Shown one piece after another: positions 56,658 to 64,000 of a stretch of DNA of 64,000 nucleotides. Source of the stretch: an uncultured delta proteobacterium (lineage in GTDB: Bacteria > Myxococcota_A > Polyangia > Polyangiales > Polyangiaceae). The stretch spans positions 768,001 through 832,000 of the forward strand of contig CAVOKF010000007.1 of NCBI GenBank assembly GCA_963696385.1. Direction: 5' to 3'. Each line of letters starts with the position of its first letter. Position 1 is the first letter of the stretch. The position numbers and the translations under genes were made by a program. Below the pieces are notes generated by a model that did not search any database, was not told where the DNA came from, and worked only from the letters and a program-made list of their open reading frames with translations.

Positions 56658-59568
56658 TCATTTCCGAAGAGTTGCGCTTGCCTCGGCATCGTAATACTTG
56701 GTCGCGAGCGCAACGGCGTCGAGGCCCACGTGGTGGCCCACTCGGCGTCCCGCGAAGTCATCGGGCGCGATGTGGATGCTGCCCCAAAGGCGCGATTGCC
56801 CCGCTTCGTCGGATGCGTCGTAGTACGACGCCCACTGCAGGCGCACGTCCGTAGTCGGCCCTTTTTCGAACGTCAGGAACGTGTCCTTGTGGGCGACGAA
56901 CTCGCCAAGGCCGCCGGGAAAGTACGGGCTCCCGGTCAGGCTTGCGAGGACCTCGGCTCCCGCGCGGCTAAACGTACTGTGGCCGGAGATGAAGCCGGGA
57001 AACGCGGGCGTCACGAACGTGCGCCGCTGGTAGGTGATCCATTCCACGGCTCGGACCCATCCCACGCCGGAGACCTGATGAGCGCGATCGCCCGGCTCGC
57101 CCAGCCAATCGCGCACGGCGATCTGACCGACGAACGGCGCTAAGGCGGCGTGCCGCTCTCCGGGTGCGCTGCTCTCCTTGGTGATGACTTCGATCCATCC
57201 TGGAACGAGCGGCAGCCCATCGGGGTCGTAGGATGGGCCGTTCGGGTCGGACGACTGCCCCTTGCCTCCCATCCAGCGCACGAGCGAGATCGGACGCACG
57301 GTCGTAAAGCGGCGCTTGATATCCCACGCGGCGATGGCCGCGTCGTGCTCGGCACCGTTGAGGGCGAGGTAGACGTGCACGTCCCACGCCAGCGGATCGA
57401 TTGGATCGCCCTTTCCGAACAGGCGCCGCTCGACGCCCGGGGTGTCGCTGACGGCGTTGGCGATCGTGTTCCAGTGGCCCGGCGGCGTCTCCGAATTCGG
57501 CCCGTCGGCCCAGAATTCGGCCATGACCCTCGCAAAGTCGGCTCTAGGGACCACCTCGGGTGGGTAGGCCTCTCCGGTCACGGGGTTTTTGGCCCAGCCC
57601 TTCCCGTCGTTGGCTCCGAGTGAGTTGTGTCCGTAAGCGCCCGGCGAAATATCGATGGTCGTGGGATCGGACGGGTCGACCGCAGCGGTCTTACGAATCA
57701 CTTCCACGATCCAGGATTTCATATCCGCGCCCACGCGCGGACATGGACCCGGATCGCGCCACGGCACGGCGTTGGAGGATCGTCTCAACGCGAAAGGGGC
57801 CACGTCTCCCCATTGCGCGCCAACGTACGTCTGCACGCCCGCCGGCAGGATGATGCCGTTCTGCGTGGCGGCGAGCGAAAGATTGAGCGGCTGCCAGCGA
57901 TCGGGATCCTTGAGCGAAGCGCCCAGGCCGTCGTACAGGAGTGGCTGGTTGGGGGCTTTGTAGTCCGAGGGGTCCGCATAGTCGTCGGCTTCGTTCGCGC
58001 CGTCGGCGGCGGTCTTCGCGATGACGGTGTGGCCGACACGGTTGCCGAACGCCACGGGATCGTCGCCGGTGTCATGAACGTCGTCGGGGTCGTAGCCGAG
58101 ATCGGACATGACCGCGCGCAAGCAAGCCAAGGTCGTGCTGCCTCCGACGGCTGAGCGGTAGCGGTGCGTCAGGACGTCGTACGCGGCGTAGCTGATGGCG
58201 GCACGCCGGGATCGGTCCACGTCGTGCGACGCGTGCCGCTCGCGCACGAAGACGCCGTTGGCCGTGCGGTCGTATCCCGCCCACGCGTCCCACATCGCGG
58301 CCGAAACGTGAAAGAGATTGCGCGCGTGGACCGTGGGCCTCGGCAAGTCGAGGCGAATGGCGGCGAGGGCCTGTTCGTCCCAGCGTCTCGCGATCGATCC
58401 GTTCTTGCCGGCGGCCACGACGGAGGCCGGACAGACGACCTCGGCCCCCGCATCGGGCGGCACCGGGTCGTCGGCGATCACGACGGGCGGAACGGCAGAC
58501 CCGTAGTGCACGAGCATCCCGCCGTCGAGCGCCGGACTCAGCACGTTGCCGCCCGCGAACCACACGCCACCGGTGTCGTCGACGAAAATGGAGTGAAGCG
58601 ACGAGGTCGCGGGCAGCGCCAAGCCATGATCGACGGCGGCAAAAGCGGCCCCGGACGAGCGCGCGCGGGTGTAAATGGCGCCTCGTTCCCCACTCGCCCA
58701 GTCGCCGCGATCCGTCGCGAAAACGCCTTGCAGCAGCCCGACCCCCGGCGGAGACGCGTCGCGGAAGACCCCGTTGTCGGCGTCGAGGAGCACGCCGTTG
58801 CCCGCGCCGCCCACGGCGATCACCCGATCGCCGACCCCGTGGACCGTGAAGAGCGTGTCTTTCGTCGACGTGGGGACCACCCTGAACGGAGATCGCCCCG
58901 TCCGGTGCAGGATGGCCCCGCCGGCGCCGACGACCCAGACGTCCGCGCCTTGGCCCCAGACCTTGAAAAACCCGGGGGTCTCTCCGCTGGACATGCGCGG
59001 AACGTCGAGCGGAACGGTCTCCGATTCGAACCCGCCGTCGTGGTAGTGCCAGATGAACCCATTTCGCCCCGCCGCGCTCCCGACGGCATAGAAGTTACCG
59101 CCGTCCGTCCCCCAGACTCCGTAGACGGTCTGCCGTCCCAGACCGGGCGTCGGCATGCGATCGAAGTGTCGGCCATCGTACCGGAGGACGGTCGCGCTGG
59201 TTCCCGCCATCAAGACGGGCCCATTCCGTAGGGCCTGCACCCACCACAGGTCGCCCCGCCCTCCTGTATGGAATCTCACTCCATGCCTTGCCGTCGAAAT
59301 GAAGAACGAGCGGACCGTGGCCCTTGTCCGCCCCCACGGCGTAGATGTCGTTGGGAGAGCGCCCGCTCACCGAAAGCATCGCCGCAGGCAGTTCGCTCGC
59401 CAGCAGTTGCCATTGTCGCTCCGTGGCCTGCACCTCGGGCAACGCGTCGTGCTGGCAGCCCAGGATCCCGCCGAAGGCAGCGCCGGTGGCGACGGCCGAT
59501 GCGACGACGGCCCCGGCCATCCATCGGAGGCCTTTTCGCGGATCCGCCGCGTTCGTGACGCTCGTCAT
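56658..59568 (-). pseudogene. Lipoprotein: beta-propeller-like repeats fused to a vanadium-dependent haloperoxidase (PAP2 superfamily), with a one-base frameshift near 59268
   Basis: Lipobox ILGC and first repeat lie in ORF 59095-59568, the rest in ORF 56658-59279; K-X6-RP (KRRFTTVRP), PGFISGH and SR-X5-H-X3-D are intact. Confidence 0.8.
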
Positions 59569-60581
59569 GGGTTCACCAGCGTCGGGGCGATCTGGATGCG
59601 CGTTGTCGCCTTGGCGTTCGTGCCGGACGGGTCGGCCACCGTGACTGTGACGTCGAGCGGTTTGCCGAGAAACTGCTTGTAGTCGATTCCCTCGTTGTCG
59701 AGTTGATAGCGTATCCCATAAAGCTTGCAGTAGCCCCCCTCGTCCGGCGCGTAGGTGAATGCGAGAGTCGTAGGAGGAATGGTCACCCCCGTCTCGGGCT
59801 GCACCCCCACGATCCGCGTCGTCGATCCCGCGGCCCTCAGGTTCTTCATGCGCGTGGCAATCCAGATGTGGTGACCGCCTTGCGGGCCTGCCTCGGCCTG
59901 AAGCGTCTGATTCTTGGCGAGCGGCAAGTAGTAGGACTGGCCCGTGCCGATCTGCAGGTCGGGCGGGCCGCCATTTCGCGCTTTGCAGCGGTCCGGCGCG
60001 TTGCCCGGCCAGTTGGAGGCATAGGGCTCTAGGGTATTGGCAGGGACGTCAGGCGATTGACAGACCCCGTGGATGCACGTCCCTGGTTCGCTGCACGCCG
60101 GCCCGCTCAGAGGCCCCGGAACCTTGCTCTGGCCGCGTGGCGTCGGCGGGTAGACGATGCAACGCGACTCGAGCGGGATGCGGAGAAGCGACACGCGTCC
60201 CGGAACGAAGTGGGTGGACGAGAGGCGTCGGAACAGGGGGGCTGGCGCCGCCCTATCGCCGATCGCATCGACTTGAACGTCCACCTTGGCCGTTCCCTTG
60301 CCTGCGCCAGCGAGCCTCCTTTCCACGGGCTGAGGGAAGCCGACTCTCGAGCCGTGCGGAGGCTCGACCCACTCGTCGAGGGCCACCGCGCCCGCCACGC
60401 GGATCACGATATGAAGGGCCGACACGACGCCGCCCATCGGATCGCTTTGGATGCCCACGATGAGCTGGGTCGGATCGGGATGGCGGCAGGAGAGGCAGGC
60501 GAGCGTCCAGGCGAAGAGCAGTCCCCACGCGATCCGCAAGCCGGACGACGGGGGCAGGTCAAAGGCCCGATCCGGCGTCAT
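59565..60581 (-). CDS. Hypothetical lipoprotein, translationally coupled to the haloperoxidase gene
   Basis: ATG at 60581, lipobox-like CLSC, Cys-rich middle, GPQGGHHIW motif; ATGA overlap at 59565-59568. Confidence 0.7.
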   Translation of the reverse strand: MTPDRAFDLPPSSGLRIAWGLLFAWTLACLSCRHPDPTQLIVGIQSDPMGGVVSALHIVIRVAGAVALDEWVEPPHGSRVGFPQPVERRLAGAGKGTAKVDVQVDAIGDRAAPAPLFRRLSSTHFVPGRVSLLRIPLESRCIVYPPTPRGQSKVPGPLSGPACSEPGTCIHGVCQSPDVPANTLEPYASNWPGNAPDRCKARNGGPPDLQIGTGQSYYLPLAKNQTLQAEAGPQGGHHIWIATRMKNLRAAGSTTRIVGVQPETGVTIPPTTLAFTYAPDEGGYCKLYGIRYQLDNEGIDYKQFLGKPLDVTVTVADPSGTNAKATTRIQIAPTLVNP

Positions 60582-60801
60582 GGATCGCTTCTCTAGCAAA
60601 GCCCGCTCCACGGCACGGGAGGGGCCGCCCCCTCGGGAAAGATGCGGCTCGGAGCCCGGGTCGGGTGCCCGAAGGGGCACGCTTCGTCTTTGTGCCAAAG
60701 TGAGCACCTCCCGGGCAATCCCGTCCGGGTCCCTATCGACCTGAACGGCTCGCGGCGAGATTCCCAGCGAGAGTTGCAGCGAAAGAAAGGGCCGCACGCG
60801 C

Positions 60802-60817
60802 TGGCGCGGTCCATGCT
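60802..60817 (+). promoter_or_regulatory. Putative sigma54 (-24/-12) promoter
   Basis: TGGCGCGGTCCATGCT has exact GG-N10-GC spacing and lies about 45 nt upstream of ATG 60863, which has GGAGG. Confidence 0.5.
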
Positions 60818-60862
60818 GAGGGGCAGGTGGGGCTTGATGCACGCTGCATCGTGGAGGGTCTC

Positions 60863-62497
60863 ATGAATCGATCGGCAGCCGCTTTGGGAGTTTCTGTGGC
60901 GACGTCGGCGCTTGCCTTCGTTGGGGTACACGATGCAACGGCGTGCGGGGGGTGCTTTCACCCACCCACGCAGACGGTGACCGACATCACCGACGAACGC
61001 ATGCTGCTCGCGGTATCGCCGACGCAATCGACGCTTTACGATCAGATTGAGTATTCCGGTTCCCCCGCGTCCTTCGCTTGGGTTCTGCCGATCCATGGAA
61101 CGGTGACCGTGGGCCTCAGCGCCGACGTGCTGTTCGACTCGATCGACGCCGTGACGGCGACGCAGATCACGCCACCCCCACAGAATTGCCCGTTTCCAGC
61201 GGGCTGCGCTTTCCCCGTTGCCACCGCTGCCGTGGGAGCGGCCAGCAACGGCGCGGCCGAGGGCTCCGTGACGGTGCTCAAGCAGCAAAACGTGGGGCCC
61301 TACGCAACGGTGCAGTTGCAGGCGAGCGACTCGAGTGCCCTCAACAACTGGCTGATGCAAAACGGGTTCAACATCCCCGCCGCGGTCTTGCCGGTGATCA
61401 ACGCGTACATCAGCGAGGGGTTCGATTTTCTCGCAATGAAGTTGTTGCCGGGCGAGGGCGTCCAAGCGATGCGACCCGTGCGCGTCACGACGGCCGGGTC
61501 TTCACTCTCTCTGCCTCTCCGCATGGCCTCCATCGGGACGGGCACTCAGGTCGGGATCAAGATTTGGGTGGTCAGCGATGGACGGTACGAACCACAGAAT
61601 TTCCCGTTCTTTCATATCGACGACAGCCAGCTCGTATGGGACTGGAGCACCAACTCGAGCAACTACACGACGCTCCGAGCGGCCGACGAGGCCGCGCTCA
61701 ACTACACGGGCTGGGAAATCGAGAGCTCGCTCGAGCTCAACGAGCAGATCATCACAGGTGTCATCCTGAGCGGCGGCCAATACTACGGCAATACCCTCGG
61801 GGGCGGAGGCCTCGCAGCTCCGCCGCCCTCGGATCCGAGCATCGACTACCTGCCGGTGGGCGATCCGGACGCCGGTACCGATGGCGGCGCCGACAGCGGC
61901 GACTTCGAGTCCGCCGAAGAGGTGAGGACCGAGGACGTCAACGCGCTCTTTGCGGGATTGACCGGACCGAGTGTGCGCGTCACGCGGATGCGAAGCGACA
62001 TTTCCCACGCCGCCATGACGACCGACTTCGTGCTCCAAGCGTCCGCGGATCAGTCGGAACTTTCGAACATCCGCTACGTGACCCAAAGCGTCAACTTGCA
62101 ATGTCCCATCTACGGCCCGACCTGCAGCGTCGTCGGGACCGGAACAGCGGCCGAGGCCGCCGCCAGCGGACCCGATGGCGCGATCTCTTCCGCGACATCC
62201 GGCGCAGGGGTCGACGCCAGCGTCGCGGCGAATGGGGGGTCGGCGGACGCGAGCCCTTCGAGCGCTCAGTCCGGCGTCACGGCGGACGCGAGCGTCCCGA
62301 CGAATTCGGGCGCGGGGGCGAATGGGCTCAGCGGAGGCTCGCGGGTTGAGCCAGCCGGCACCCCGGCGGCGAGCGGAGGCGGCTGCGCGGCAGCGCCGCA
62401 AGGCACCGGGTCGGCTGCAGGCCTCGGATTCGGGGCGGGCCTGATGGGACTCGTGGCAGCGCGAGTCGTGCGGCGGCGGTCGTCCAAAAAGGCGTGA
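60863..62497 (+). CDS. DUF2330-like exported protein with MYXO-CTERM-like anchor (copy 1)
   Basis: ACGGCF, FAWVLP, VGPY, WL..NGF, FLAMKL, LPLR; tail GGGC...TM...RRR. Confidence 0.85.
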   Translation: MNRSAAALGVSVATSALAFVGVHDATACGGCFHPPTQTVTDITDERMLLAVSPTQSTLYDQIEYSGSPASFAWVLPIHGTVTVGLSADVLFDSIDAVTATQITPPPQNCPFPAGCAFPVATAAVGAASNGAAEGSVTVLKQQNVGPYATVQLQASDSSALNNWLMQNGFNIPAAVLPVINAYISEGFDFLAMKLLPGEGVQAMRPVRVTTAGSSLSLPLRMASIGTGTQVGIKIWVVSDGRYEPQNFPFFHIDDSQLVWDWSTNSSNYTTLRAADEAALNYTGWEIESSLELNEQIITGVILSGGQYYGNTLGGGGLAAPPPSDPSIDYLPVGDPDAGTDGGADSGDFESAEEVRTEDVNALFAGLTGPSVRVTRMRSDISHAAMTTDFVLQASADQSELSNIRYVTQSVNLQCPIYGPTCSVVGTGTAAEAAASGPDGAISSATSGAGVDASVAANGGSADASPSSAQSGVTADASVPTNSGAGANGLSGGSRVEPAGTPAASGGGCAAAPQGTGSAAGLGFGAGLMGLVAARVVRRRSSKKA

Positions 62498-62528
62498 GCG
62501 GCGGATCCACCGCATCGTGGAGGGTCTC

Positions 62529-64000
62529 GTGAATCGATCGGCAGCGGCACTAGGAGTCTCGGTGGCGACGTCGGCGCTGACCCTCGTCGGGGTACGCGAC
62601 GCGACCGCGTGCGGCGGGTGCTTTCACCCGCCCACGCAGACGGTGACCGACATCACCGACGAGCGCATGCTGCTCGCCGTGTCGACGACGCAGTCGACGC
62701 TTTACGACCAAATCGAGTACTCGGGTTCCCCTGCGTCCTTCGCTTGGGTCCTGCCGATCCATGGAACGGTGACGGTAGGCCTCAGCGCCGACGTGCTGTT
62801 CGACTCGATCGACGCCGTAACGGCAACGCAGATCACGCCGCCCCCTCAGAATTGTCCCGTTCCGGCGGGCTGCGCCGGTCTCCGCGCTGGCTTTGGAGGC
62901 CCCTCCGCCGCATTCGCAACCGCCGACGCCGCGGCGGCCGAGAGCCCTGTGACGGTGCTCAAGCAGCAAAACGTGGGGCCCTACGCAACGGTGCAGTTGC
63001 AGGCGAGCGACTCGAGTGCCCTCAACAACTGGCTGATGCAAAACGGGTTCAACATCCCCGCCGCGGTTTTGCCCGTGATCAACGCGTACATCAGCGAGGG
63101 GTTCGATTTTCTCGCGATGAAGTTGTTGCCGGGCGAGGGCGTCCAAGCGATGCGACCCGTGCGCGTCACGACGGCCGGGTCTTCACTCTCTCTGCCTCTC
63201 CGCATGGCCTCCATCGGGACGGGCACTCAGGTCGGGATCACGATTTGGGTGGTCAGCGATGGACGGTACGAACCACAGAATTTCCCGTTCTTTCATATCG
63301 ACGACAGCCAGCTCGTATGGGACTGGAGCACCAACTCGAGCAACTACACGACGCTCCGAGCGGCCGACGAGGCCGCGCTCAACTACACGGGCTGGGAAAT
63401 CGAGAGCTCGCTCGAGCTCAACGAGCAGATCATCACGAGCGTCATCCTGAGCGGCGGCCAATACTACGGCAATACCCTAGGCGGCGGAGGCCTCACAGCT
63501 CCGCCGCCCTCGGATCCGAGCATCGACTACCTGCCGGTGGGCGATCCGGACGCCGGTACCGATGGGGGCGCCGACAGCGGCGACTTCGAGTCCGCCGAAG
63601 AGGTGAGGACCGAAGATGTCAACGCGCTCTTTGCCGGATTGACCGGCCCGAGTGTGCGCGTCACGCGGATGCGAAGCGACATTGCCCACGCCGCTATGAC
63701 GACCGACTTCGTGCTCCAAGCGTCCGCGGATCAGTCGGAGCTCTCGAACATCCGCTACGTGACCCAAAGCGTCAACTTGCAATGTCCCATCTACGGCCCG
63801 ACCTGCAGCGTCGTCGGGACCGGAACAGCGGCCGAAGCCGCCGCCAGCGGACCCGATGGCGCCGCGACTTCGAACGGCTCCGTGGTGGATGCGAGCGTGG
63901 CGGCGAATGGCGGGTCGGACGACGCGAGCTCTTCGAGCGCTCAGTCCGGCGTCACGGCGGACGCGAGCGTCACGGCGGACGCGAGCGTCCCGACGAATTC
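62529..64000 (+). CDS. DUF2330-like exported protein (copy 2, tandem paralogue, truncated by window end)
   Basis: GTG at 62529 with the same GGAGGGTCTC leader; open frame colinear with copy 1; absent from ORF track because it has no stop in the window. Confidence 0.88.
   Translation, partial: MNRSAAALGVSVATSALTLVGVRDATACGGCFHPPTQTVTDITDERMLLAVSTTQSTLYDQIEYSGSPASFAWVLPIHGTVTVGLSADVLFDSIDAVTATQITPPPQNCPVPAGCAGLRAGFGGPSAAFATADAAAAESPVTVLKQQNVGPYATVQLQASDSSALNNWLMQNGFNIPAAVLPVINAYISEGFDFLAMKLLPGEGVQAMRPVRVTTAGSSLSLPLRMASIGTGTQVGITIWVVSDGRYEPQNFPFFHIDDSQLVWDWSTNSSNYTTLRAADEAALNYTGWEIESSLELNEQIITSVILSGGQYYGNTLGGGGLTAPPPSDPSIDYLPVGDPDAGTDGGADSGDFESAEEVRTEDVNALFAGLTGPSVRVTRMRSDIAHAAMTTDFVLQASADQSELSNIRYVTQSVNLQCPIYGPTCSVVGTGTAAEAAASGPDGAATSNGSVVDASVAANGGSDDASSSSAQSGVTADASVTADASVPTN

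Larger units (their letters stand above)
60845..64000 (+). repeat. Tandem gene duplication, about 1.67-kb period
   Basis: Start codons 1666 bp apart; long near-identical stretches including the RBS region. Confidence 0.9.

Noticed and set aside
1..64000. tRNA, rRNA, integrase, transposase, prophage or defence genes
   Set aside because: No recognisable signatures found by eye; very divergent small elements could have been missed

Overview
GC-rich window whose gene content points to Myxococcota, probably Polyangiales: eukaryotic-like Ser/Thr kinases, PEGA and FHA proteins, an ECF/FecR module, MYXO-CTERM-like tails and DUF2330. This taxonomy is inferred from gene families only. It holds about 50 protein-coding genes. 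I saw no rRNA, tRNA, CRISPR array or transposase. The left two-thirds is mixed housekeeping and signalling: egtD, FHA-ABC transporter, NUDIX, HEAT-repeat protein, FadF-like Fe-S oxidoreductase, yacG, multicopper oxidase, fcl plus glycosyltransferases, ECF module, class V aminotransferase, USP-mgtA-USP, frameshifted glgP, HU and a hybrid kinase. The right third (45-64 kb) is rich in exported proteins. Five carry c-type heme motifs, including a Cyc2-like monoheme-cytochrome/beta-barrel fusion directly downstream of a diheme lipoprotein; this is the best candidate for an undescribed surface redox system. The same region has a frameshifted lipoprotein vanadium haloperoxidase and a tandem pair of DUF2330 genes with a swapped variable loop. 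Other notable items are a protein apparently built from two dead protease folds, a methyltransferase with a histone-H1-like tail, and a dispersed GGGGTC repeat family. All calls come from motif recognition by eye; no database search was run.
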